A stretch of 64,000 nt of DNA from a virus. The stretch is taken from positions 10,467 through 74,466 of the IMG/VR virus record IMGVR_UViG_3300009428_000004; one strand, given 5' to 3'. Numbering within the stretch: the first letter of the stretch is position 1; the number at the start of each line of letters is the position of its first letter. Shown in pieces: positions 26,497-34,477 of this stretch. The notes beneath the pieces are model-generated. The model was not told the origin of the DNA, did not search any database, and worked only from the letters and a program-made list of their open reading frames with translations. The position numbers and the translations under genes were made by a program.

Positions 26497-26706
26497 CTTA
26501 TTAAAAGGTCTGGGTGCTCTTAACGCTTCCCTGCCTACTAAAGTGATCTGTTATTGATCATGAACTTTAGGGCTCCACGCTTCAGTGCTAACGCATCCCA
26601 GCACACGGACTACTGTCATCGGGTAATTTTTTTACAGTTGCGAAACTGCTTCATCTTCATATGCATTACCATTAGCATACTATTCGGTGGCAAACCGACT
26701 GGTTAG
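26497..26706. ncRNA. Candidate structured non-coding RNA upstream of tRNA-Arg
   Basis: 210 nt without a long ORF; several hairpins and long-range helices; repeated GA(A/T)GCGT motif. Confidence 0.55.
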
Positions 26707-26946
26707 TTATGCGCCATACGCCCAATGGCCGTAGTCGCTGAGATACTTCTCAGCCGCAAAGTTAAACTCGATTTCAAGCTCACTATCGTCAAGCTCTGAT
26801 CCAAAAACCTCATGCATAGTCATAGTGATATCTGCATCAACGAAGTTCCAATTAATAGAATTGTCTGCTTCGTGGTTTTCAGTGGACTCAACAGCACTCC
26901 TAAAAGCTCTGTTAAATTCTTCAAGTTGATATTTAGTCATCATCAT
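26707..26946 (-). CDS. Small acidic early protein
   Basis: INWNFVDAD; behind a TTGACA-N17-GATAAT promoter. Confidence 0.65.
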   Translation of the reverse strand: MMMTKYQLEEFNRAFRSAVESTENHEADNSINWNFVDADITMTMHEVFGSELDDSELEIEFNFAAEKYLSDYGHWAYGA

Positions 26947-27212
26947 ATAGGTCTCACTCTCTTATCAAGTTATGTACACATTATCGCATATTACGAACCG
27001 TTTGTCAAGTACTTTCTTTATAACTTTGGCACATCATCACATTGACAGAGTTTAGCTTCTTGCCTATCAATAAGCAAGTCTAGCTTTCGCTCAATATCAT
27101 CACACTTATCCATGAACTCGGACAAAAGTAATGACATCTCATCATTGTTAACCGCTGATTTAACAGTCGGGCTATTCCTCGATTTGATCATCCCTGATCC
27201 TTTCTTTTGTTA

Positions 27213-27407
27213 CTAGACGCTGATATCACGAGGTATCATGATACATTTGGCATAGAATTTTGCCGTGTCTGATGGACTAGTGTTTCTGAGAACCTCTGTG
27301 TTCATATTCTTAACACGCTCACATGTCTCTAGATCAGGAAACACCATGTTAGGTGCTTGTACTGAGTACATTCCATTTACCATTAAGACAACTAGAAAAA
27401 CATACAT
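27213..27407 (-). CDS. Small hypothetical protein
   Basis: Hydrophobic N-terminus, FPDLETCE...AKC. Confidence 0.5.
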   Translation of the reverse strand: MYVFLVVLMVNGMYSVQAPNMVFPDLETCERVKNMNTEVLRNTSPSDTAKFYAKCIMIPRDISV

Positions 27408-27585
27408 TCTAATTCCTTTCTTTTATAACTCTTTTACATTGTTCAAAACTTCTCATACTGTATCTTACACCATATAAATCGTCTGTATTCTTCACTGAGA
27501 AGGATAACCATAACATTAACAAAACTCGAAGTATCCAAACTCCATTTTCTCGATTCATATTTATCTTTTGTAGTCATACGTAAAT

Positions 27586-27662
27586 TGGCGTCCCCTGCAA
27601 GATTCGAACTTGCGACCTACGGCTTAGAAGGCCGTTGCTCTATCCAACTGAGCTAAGGAGAC
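27586..27662 (-). tRNA. tRNA-Arg (anticodon TCT)
   Basis: GTCTCCTTAGCTCAGTTGGATAGAGCAACGGCCTTCTAAGCCGTAGGTCGCAAGTTCGAATCTTGCAGGGGACGCCA. Confidence 0.97.
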
Positions 27663-27786
27663 TAAAATTCATCCTAGTCTCTTTAACCAGTATTCGCTGA
27701 AGAGGGACGGGTGACACTGTTCATAGTATCTATTACCCGCCCATTTTTTGATTTCTTCTAGAACCATAGATTCTAACATTTCGTCT

Positions 27787-28305
27787 TTATACAAGAGGCG
27801 TTCCTTTCTGCTCTTCCCAAATGTGGGTAGTTCCCATTGCTTCAAGCAATGCAATAGTTTCTGCCTTAAAGACAATCCAAAAGTTAGGATCGTTAGCTTC
27901 AATAGTAGTTGCATTGTGCATCATGTCAAAAGTCTTGATCACCCTAATCAACCAAGGGGCAGCCGCAAGTCTTGCCTGACACAACTCTTTTCTAACAGCC
28001 CTGTTTCCAACGAAGCTAGGAGTCTTAGTCAAGTACCAAACACCTTCAGCAACTTCTTTACTGAAACGCTCAACGATGTTCTCTTCAGTAGCAGGAGTAT
28101 CTTCAACAGTATCGTGAAGAAGAGCGATCTGTATTGCTGTAATAACGATCTCTTCTTCAGTCTCTTGCTCGTCTAGATAAGCCTCAACAAGATCAGCAAC
28201 AGCGATTGGATGCTCAATATAAGCTCCACCGTTGTACTTTCTTGTCTGCCCCTCATGCATCTCAGTGGCAAATTCTAACGCTTCAACAAAGGTATTCTTC
28301 AACAT
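27787..28305 (-). CDS. HD-domain hydrolase, small alarmone hydrolase (SpoT/Mesh1-like)
   Basis: HEGQTRKY..GAYIEHPIAVA...ALLHDTVEDT...IKTFDMMHNA; start at 28305, downstream of its promoter. Confidence 0.8.
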   Translation of the reverse strand: MLKNTFVEALEFATEMHEGQTRKYNGGAYIEHPIAVADLVEAYLDEQETEEEIVITAIQIALLHDTVEDTPATEENIVERFSKEVAEGVWYLTKTPSFVGNRAVRKELCQARLAAAPWLIRVIKTFDMMHNATTIEANDPNFWIVFKAETIALLEAMGTTHIWEEQKGTPLV

Positions 28306-28388
28306 ATTAACTCTCTCAATTAGATGTCTATTATACGACATCCGAGGTGTATTGTCAAGAACTTTTTCGGAATTCTTGACTTTTTTTA

Positions 28389-28727
28389 TCAGAGGTATCT
28401 AGGACCAGTCCACTGGATTGTGTAACCACCGTCTATCACATTTCCACGTGGCTTGTTTCTCGCAGGAGCATTGTAACCAGCGGCTTTCAATATATCACCT
28501 TGCTTGAACAACTTATCAGTAGTGACTTTAACAACAAAGCCCCAAACACTGCCTCTGCTGAGAATCTTGATATACTTCTGTCCTTCAGTGACAGAGAGAC
28601 CTTCATTAAACTCAGCGATCATCTTCTTGTTAACATCAGTCAACTCATAGTCAGCAGAACGACTTGTCCACTTAAGGTAGTCAGTTTTGATTGCTTCGAT
28701 CAGTGTTTCAATTTGCTCATTCATCAT
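28389..28727 (-). CDS. Conserved marine-phage hypothetical protein
   Basis: GQKYIKI...SVWGFV...GDILKAAGYNAPARNKPRGNV. Confidence 0.7.
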   Translation of the reverse strand: MMNEQIETLIEAIKTDYLKWTSRSADYELTDVNKKMIAEFNEGLSVTEGQKYIKILSRGSVWGFVVKVTTDKLFKQGDILKAAGYNAPARNKPRGNVIDGGYTIQWTGPRYL

Positions 28728-28761
28728 AATATACTCTCTCATTTCTTTAGTTTATACAAGT

Positions 28762-28800
28762 ATTATAGCATGGATGGCAGTAATGTCAACCATTATTTTC
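28762..28800 (-). promoter_or_regulatory. Early sigma70 promoter cassette
   Basis: GAAAATAATGG-TTGACA-N16-TATAAT. Confidence 0.85.
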
Positions 28801-28978
28801 ACTTTTTTTCATCTTTTTTACATAGCATATCAGAAGCTTTTGTTTCCCACATGAAGGGAAATAGACCATGCACAATAAGGACTCCAGCGATGGACCACCC
28901 ATGGATAAGGTGTTTAACATAAGACATCTCTATCTCTTTTAGGTGTTTCACTGGTAATCTCCCTTGGTGGCTCTATTG

Positions 28979-29245
28979 CTATTTAGCGTTCTTACTAGAA
29001 CTATATAGGGCAAAGTTGTTGAATATCACAATCGCTGACTCAAGTAGTTCACTGGCACCTTCATCAGTATCAAAGCCCTCTTCTGAAGCAAAGTCAACTG
29101 AAGAAGAGGCATACACAGCATCAGCGAAACCTCCGTTTTCGAAAATAACATTGGCTAGGTCATTGGCGTCTGAACTCGAGGCTACAATGCCTGCTTCATC
29201 CCAAAGTTGGACTTGACTCTCTGAGGCGCTTATATAGTTGATCAT
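28979..29245 (-). CDS. Small acidic early protein
   Basis: SSSVDFASEEGF; behind a promoter cassette. Confidence 0.6.
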   Translation of the reverse strand: MINYISASESQVQLWDEAGIVASSSDANDLANVIFENGGFADAVYASSSVDFASEEGFDTDEGASELLESAIVIFNNFALYSSSKNAK

Positions 29246-29274
29246 AGTATCATCTTTCTCTTTATTACTCTTAT

Positions 29275-29314
29275 ACTATAAACCAACTATTGGTTGATGT
29301 CAACCATTATTTTC
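29275..29314 (-). promoter_or_regulatory. Early sigma70 promoter cassette
   Basis: GAAAATAATGG-TTGACA-N17-TATAGT. Confidence 0.75.
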
Positions 29315-29474
29315 ACTTTTTTCTATTTTATTTCCATAATAATCATGGGTGCCCGCTCTATAGTTCTTCTTTCTCTGATCTAACAACAGAGTACTGATCC
29401 AGAGGGCTTTTACCATGAAGTACATTATAGGTAAAAATAACAATGATAGTAAAAGTTCCATAACTACTCTCCTT

Positions 29475-29684
29475 TTATCGAGGCGTAGACTTATATAGTT
29501 TTTTCAGGAACCACTTATTTTTACTAAAGTACTCTTTAGATGTGTACTGGACTAAGTCACCTTCCCAGGTAAAGACCTCTTCTTTATGATCTTCCCACAC
29601 GTTCATAGCGAATGCTCGAAATGGGCTCACTGTTGCGATCTCAAGAACTTTTTCCAAATCTTCTATAGTTTGTTTATCTAACAT
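29475..29684 (-). CDS. Small hypothetical protein
   Basis: FRAFAMNVWEDHKEEVFTW...YF.KNKWFLK. Confidence 0.6.
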   Translation of the reverse strand: MLDKQTIEDLEKVLEIATVSPFRAFAMNVWEDHKEEVFTWEGDLVQYTSKEYFSKNKWFLKKLYKSTPR

Positions 29685-29754
29685 ATAATGACCTGTGAGT
29701 TATGATTTACTCTCTCATAATACACCATAATACGGTGCCTGTCAAGTCTTTTAT

Positions 29755-29762
29755 TATAAATA
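29755..29762 (+). promoter_or_regulatory. Late promoter TATAAATA (plus strand)
   Basis: Exact match upstream of RBS TAGGAG and the lipase ATG. Confidence 0.8.
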
Positions 29763-29784
29763 AATTGATATAGGAGAAATAAAT

Positions 29785-30552
29785 ATGACCCAAATCACTT
29801 CACAACCAATACTAGTTCGTTCACTGTTATTCGCAAGGCTCTCACAGATAGCATACTTAGATGAACCAGAAGCAAGCAAGGCAGCCAGAGCATTAGGATT
29901 TACCACAACAGAGTTTTATGAAAGAGATGGAGCTCAGGCATACAGATTTCAAAATAAGTCTGATCTAGTTATCGCATGTAGAGGCACACAGCCTACGGAA
30001 TTTGGCGATATCAAAGCTGATCTAAAAGCATTCCCAGTATTAGCTGAAACAATCTCTAGAGTTCACAGCGGATTCAAGACTGAAGTAGACGATCTATGGC
30101 CGATGATTATTGAAGACATTGCAAGAACAGTAAACGCTAAGAAAATGCTATGGTTCTGCGGTCATTCTCTGGGTGCGGCAATGGCTACTATCATGGCGTC
30201 TAGATGTACTCACGATGATACACTAACTAGTCCTTCAATGGTATTTACGTTCGGTTCACCTAAAGTTGGTTGGCCAACATACTGTAAGTCTTTAGACGTT
30301 GTGCATCATAGATGGAAGAATAACAACGACATCGTAACTACTGTTCCTTTACGTGTAATGGGATATAAGCATCACGGTGAAGAGCATTACATCAATGCGT
30401 ATGGCTTAGTTAGGAATCCAACTGGATGGCAAAGAGTTAAAGATAAGTTTCGTGGTATTTGGATGGGATTAAAACAGGGCAAGATAGACTCATTCTCCGA
30501 TCATAGTATCGATGAATACATCAAACACATTGATAACGCTATTCGTGGATAA
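29785..30552 (+). CDS. Lipase class 3 (alpha/beta hydrolase)
   Basis: VIACRGT, VHSGF, nucleophile elbow GHSLGAAMA, FTFGSPKVG, DIVTTVP, FSDHSI. Confidence 0.92.
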   Translation: MTQITSQPILVRSLLFARLSQIAYLDEPEASKAARALGFTTTEFYERDGAQAYRFQNKSDLVIACRGTQPTEFGDIKADLKAFPVLAETISRVHSGFKTEVDDLWPMIIEDIARTVNAKKMLWFCGHSLGAAMATIMASRCTHDDTLTSPSMVFTFGSPKVGWPTYCKSLDVVHHRWKNNNDIVTTVPLRVMGYKHHGEEHYINAYGLVRNPTGWQRVKDKFRGIWMGLKQGKIDSFSDHSIDEYIKHIDNAIRG

Positions 30553-30703
30553 TAGACCTCTTCTAGATAAAGACGGTAACGAATATAAGCTAATACAAGC
30601 AGGACAAGACTGGTCTGACTCAGATACTTGGGGCGGATTAATCTTAGCCCTCGTAATTCTAGCGGTTGCTATATCTGGATTATACTTTAGATGGTGGAAT
30701 TAG
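30512..30703 (+). CDS. Small protein with C-terminal TM
   Basis: Overlaps the lipase end; WGGLILALVILAVAISGLYF. Confidence 0.5.
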   Translation: MNTSNTLITLFVDNRPLLDKDGNEYKLIQAGQDWSDSDTWGGLILALVILAVAISGLYFRWWN

Positions 30704-30996
30704 TCACACTTGTAGAACGTGTATGTACAAGTAAGTTCTTCACCTGATAGAATGTCTTTGCTTGCAATCATGAAGTATCTACTATCCCTTCGTGCTTTGT
30801 GTATGTTTGGAGAATCAGAATGATTGTAGAATGCTCCTAAAGGAGTTCTTTGAATATCTTCTCCCCAATAAAAATGAGACATCCCTATCTCAGTTCCTTC
30901 CTTGATATCTTCGACAGCCCATAGTCCTAGACCATGAATATCGGATCTCTTAATTGTCACACTAGACGGTAACGGCAAGTAAGTAGTATCAGTCAT
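30700..30996 (-). CDS. SET-domain protein
   Basis: IKRSDIHGLGLWAVEDI, FYNHSDSPN, DILSGEELTCTY. Confidence 0.85.
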   Translation of the reverse strand: MTDTTYLPLPSSVTIKRSDIHGLGLWAVEDIKEGTEIGMSHFYWGEDIQRTPLGAFYNHSDSPNIHKARRDSRYFMIASKDILSGEELTCTYTFYKCD

Positions 30997-30999
30997 ATT

Positions 31000-32142
31000 T
31001 TAATCCTCTAAAATATCTGCAATTTTATGCGCTAGTTTTCTAAACCACATATCGTCATGACCACGAGTTGTTTCTGCGGCGGTACCCAATCGAATACCAC
31101 TTGTCTCTACAAAAGAGCGTGGATCATTTGGAACACCGTTCTTGTTTACAGTAATACCATTTTCTTCTAGCAAGTCTGCGGCTTCACGACCACTGTACTT
31201 ACTATCACTTAAATCCATTAGGATAATATGGCTGTCAGTGCCGCCTGTCTGCACAGGCATATCACGCTGTCTAAACACATCACACATAGCCTTAGCGTTG
31301 CGTACAACGTCTTTGCTGTACTGCTTAAACTCTAGTGTATCTGCTTCAATAAAGGACTGTGCTTTGGCCGCAATGATGTGCATCAACGGACCGCCTTGTG
31401 TGCCTGGAAAGATAGCACTATTAATCTTGCGAGTGAGTTCTTCATTGTTCCATAGGATGATACCACCTCTTGGTCCACGTAATGTTTTGTGGGTTGTAGA
31501 TGTTACAACATCTGCGTAAGGCAAAGGATTATCATATACACCACCAGCGATTAGTCCCGAATAGTGAGCCATATCAACTACAAGATATGCGCCTACAGAA
31601 TCAGCAATATCTCTAAAACCTTTCCAGTCGATCTGTCTTGGGTATGCGCTTGCACCAGCAACAATCACTTTAGGTTTATGAAGTTCTGCCAACATTTGAA
31701 CTTGATCCATGTTAATATAACCATTCTCTTCAACGCCATAAGCATAACAGTCATAAATCTTACCGGAAATATTAGGTGCGCTACCGTGTGACAAGTGTCC
31801 ACCACTTGCTAGATCCATGCCTAATAGTTTATCGCCTGGTTTCAGTAGTGCTTGGTAAACTGCTGTGTTTGCATTTGCACCTGAGTGTGGTTGTACGTTA
31901 GCAAAGTTTGCTCCATATAATCTACACAGTGTATCAATAGCAAGTTGTTCAATCTCATCTGCGTGATCACATCCGTTGTAGTAACGCTTTCCAGGATAGC
32001 CTTCAGCATATTTGTTAGTAAAGATACTGCCTGATAAGTCCATCACAGCTTGGCTTGCAAAGTTTTCACTAGCAATAAGCTCAACAGTACTATCCTGGCG
32101 ATGTTTTTCATCATCCAGAATATTTAGTATTCTATAATCCAT
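31000..32142 (-). CDS. glyA: Serine hydroxymethyltransferase
   Basis: ELIASENF, NKYAEGYPGKRYY, NVQPHSG, GGHLSHG, DMAH, TSTTHKTLRGPRGG, FPGTQGGP, SGIRLGT. Confidence 0.97.
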   Translation of the reverse strand: MDYRILNILDDEKHRQDSTVELIASENFASQAVMDLSGSIFTNKYAEGYPGKRYYNGCDHADEIEQLAIDTLCRLYGANFANVQPHSGANANTAVYQALLKPGDKLLGMDLASGGHLSHGSAPNISGKIYDCYAYGVEENGYINMDQVQMLAELHKPKVIVAGASAYPRQIDWKGFRDIADSVGAYLVVDMAHYSGLIAGGVYDNPLPYADVVTSTTHKTLRGPRGGIILWNNEELTRKINSAIFPGTQGGPLMHIIAAKAQSFIEADTLEFKQYSKDVVRNAKAMCDVFRQRDMPVQTGGTDSHIILMDLSDSKYSGREAADLLEENGITVNKNGVPNDPRSFVETSGIRLGTAAETTRGHDDMWFRKLAHKIADILED

Positions 32143-32407
32143 TTAGTGCATCCTTTAATTCAGTAAAACCACCAATATATTTCCAATTTATTTTGCTGTG
32201 ACGGCCGGCCCAGAATTCGTTAGTCTCTTTTGTAAATATTTGTGGTACTGATCTGAATTGCTCTCCAGCAATCTTCATCAGTTCGTCTTGTTCTTCTTCA
32301 GTCACTTCGCTTAGATCGACATATTCAAAATTCAATCCATTCTGTCTCAGTATACTCTTAGCTTGATGGCAGTAGCCACAAGTTTTTGTTCCGTAAATTA
32401 TATGCAT
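32132..32407 (-). CDS. Glutaredoxin
   Basis: CGYC, RSVPQIF, IGGFTEL. Confidence 0.9.
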   Translation of the reverse strand: MHIIYGTKTCGYCHQAKSILRQNGLNFEYVDLSEVTEEEQDELMKIAGEQFRSVPQIFTKETNEFWAGRHSKINWKYIGGFTELKDALNGL

Positions 32408-32411
32408 AATG

Positions 32412-32825
32412 TCATCCTCTAAGCTTTGTTACATGTGTCCTATGTATTTTACAGTTAATAATGCCGTTGTAGTAATCATCTGATAAAAGGACTTCTCTAT
32501 CAAATTGTTCTTTTGCCTCTAGATATGACATAGTACCACGTGTCGGACACAGGTGCAATATCTCTCTATGAAATGCTTTGCTACCATGTTCTTCAACCAG
32601 TAGCTTGACTTCTTCGCTTGATCCATAGTAAGTCATCCAATCAGACTCCTTAATGACCTTGCGCTTTCTAGTCTTACCTTTCAGTGGCGGTAAAGTTCGC
32701 TTGGATTGAAATAGCTTCTTTCCAACATACTTCTTTTTGTTCATGAGGTCTGTGATAACGTACACGAATCCAACATAGTCTCCTATCATATCGCTAGTGA
32801 ATTCTACATCGTCTAGATACCACAC
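32412..32825 (-). CDS. GIY-YIG-like nuclease (short conserved T4-like type)
   Basis: GFVYVITDLMNKKKYVGKK...YYGSS...FHREIL...YYNGII. Confidence 0.75.
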   Translation of the reverse strand: MWYLDDVEFTSDMIGDYVGFVYVITDLMNKKKYVGKKLFQSKRTLPPLKGKTRKRKVIKESDWMTYYGSSEEVKLLVEEHGSKAFHREILHLCPTRGTMSYLEAKEQFDREVLLSDDYYNGIINCKIHRTHVTKLRG

Positions 32826-32993
32826 TTAATTCCAGCCCTCTTCGTTCTGCTCATCCCAATCTTCCATTTCAGATTCTTCATAATCTACTTCTGATCCACA
32901 TATTGGACAGAATACAATTGGGTCTTCCATATTAGTTGTTTCTACGGTACATTCACTATCACAATACTCGCAGACTAAATCTTGTCTCTTCAT
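32826..32993 (-). CDS. Zinc-ribbon small protein (not in ORF track)
   Basis: MKRQDLVCEYCDSEC...FCPICGSEV plus acidic tail. Confidence 0.65.
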   Translation of the reverse strand: MKRQDLVCEYCDSECTVETTNMEDPIVFCPICGSEVDYEESEMEDWDEQNEEGWN

Positions 32994-33418
32994 AGTTTTT
33001 CTACCCTTATATTGCAGGACTTGAGAAAATCTATCCCCTCTGTGTTCCTGTATGATGTTCTATAATACACATTCTTTATGCCAGTGCCGTATACCAACTT
33101 TGCACATTCTACACACGGAGCGTGAGTTATATATATGTCAGCGTCTAAACCACTTTCGCTTGATCTAGCAAGTTTACTTATAGCGTTAGCTTCTGCATGT
33201 ATTACCTCAGATTTAGTTACCGTGGTGGTTGTTCCGAGTTCGTGATGATGAAAAGTATCTTCGCACACGTTGTCCCAGCCAGATGGCGTACCGTTATAAC
33301 CAATAGAGATAATACGATTGTCTTTTACAACAATAGCACCGACTTTCAGTCTAACAGCAGTTGACAGAGACCCGAAGGTCTCTGCCGTTTTCATGTAAGC
33401 GTCTTGCCACTTATTCAT
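32990..33418 (-). CDS. cd: dCMP deaminase
   Basis: VGAIVVKDNRIISIGYNG, HAEANAI, THAPCVECAK. Confidence 0.93.
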   Translation of the reverse strand: MNKWQDAYMKTAETFGSLSTAVRLKVGAIVVKDNRIISIGYNGTPSGWDNVCEDTFHHHELGTTTTVTKSEVIHAEANAISKLARSSESGLDADIYITHAPCVECAKLVYGTGIKNVYYRTSYRNTEGIDFLKSCNIRVEKL

Positions 33419-33436
33419 AATATAGCCCTGTGTTAT

Positions 33437-34441
33437 TTAAGCTGGACAACCGTTTCCATCGACTCCACAAACTTCGCCTTCAGATGCGTTTGCATCCCAA
33501 CCCCAATCACCTTCCATACCATTAACAGAGTATTCAGTAACTCGCTTCTCAAAGAAGTTGTCGTGTGATGCTCCGTTCAGTACCCAGTCTAACCATGGCA
33601 TTGGATTCTCTTTTACTCCAAACTTAGGCTTCATGCCCAACTGAAGTAATCGACGGTCAGCGATATGTCTAATGTATTGCTTGACCTCTTTCTCAGTGAT
33701 ACCTTCTTGATCTTTGCCATCGAAAGCCAGTTTGATGAACTTGTCTTCTAGCGTAACAGCGTTAGTAGCCATCTCATACACCTTAGACTTCAACTCATCG
33801 TTGACAATACGTGGATGCTCTTCTACAAATTCACGGAACAATTTAGCGTTACCTTGAACGTGCATAGTCTCATCACGGATAGACCATTCAACAATTGTTC
33901 CCATGCCTTTCATTTTGCCAAAACGCTGAAAGTTCAGTAGCATTACAAAGGATGCGAATAGTGACATCCCTTCGTTAAACACTGACTGAGCCACTACGAG
34001 AGCGAGACCTGTATGGGAGTTAATGTTACCTTCTTTCATAAAGTCTAACTTGTCTGCCATCTCAGAGTATTCAAGGAAAGTGTGAAACTCTTCGTCTGGT
34101 AAACCCAGTGTATCATTCAGTAAAGCATATGCACGTTGATGCACACCTTCACGATTAGCAAATGACGCAAGCATGTTGCGGATTTCATTGTTCTTAAATT
34201 TTGGAATCATCAGTTCGTGATAGTTCTCACCAACTTGTACATCTGACTGCGTGAACAATCGAAGAATTTGGGTCACAAAGTCCTTCTCATCTTCAGTTAG
34301 TTTTGTTTTCCAGTCTTGAACGTCTTCGCTCAATTCTGCTTCGTCTTCGACCCAGTGGATCTCTTCGTGCTTTTTAGTTAACTCTACTGCCCATGGGTAA
34401 TGAAATGGGCGATAGCTTTTTGATAAATCTAATAGTGACAT
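33437..34441 (-). CDS. nrdB: Ribonucleotide reductase class Ia beta subunit
   Basis: FTQSDV, REGVHQRAY, EGMSLFASF, WSIRDETMH, NFFEKRVTEY. Confidence 0.96.
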   Translation of the reverse strand: MSLLDLSKSYRPFHYPWAVELTKKHEEIHWVEDEAELSEDVQDWKTKLTEDEKDFVTQILRLFTQSDVQVGENYHELMIPKFKNNEIRNMLASFANREGVHQRAYALLNDTLGLPDEEFHTFLEYSEMADKLDFMKEGNINSHTGLALVVAQSVFNEGMSLFASFVMLLNFQRFGKMKGMGTIVEWSIRDETMHVQGNAKLFREFVEEHPRIVNDELKSKVYEMATNAVTLEDKFIKLAFDGKDQEGITEKEVKQYIRHIADRRLLQLGMKPKFGVKENPMPWLDWVLNGASHDNFFEKRVTEYSVNGMEGDWGWDANASEGEVCGVDGNGCPA

Positions 34442-34477
34442 GTATTCTCTTTCCTTTAATGTTTGTTTGTTATATGT

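Noticed and set aside
26497-26706. Complete tmRNA or group I intron
   Set aside because: No tRNA-like domain, T-loop or CCA end; a UAGUCC (S-like) stretch has no matching GACUA partner on the same strand and no host gene is interrupted. Kept only as an unclassified ncRNA candidate.
27669-27914. 81-aa ORF as annotated
   Set aside because: The N-terminal half overlaps the HD hydrolase; at most the last ~36 codons (MLESMVLEE...) are a plausible gene.
32412-32825. Mobile homing endonuclease
   Set aside because: Short, with no DNA-binding C-terminal extension, and not inside an intron; looks like a resident conserved gene.
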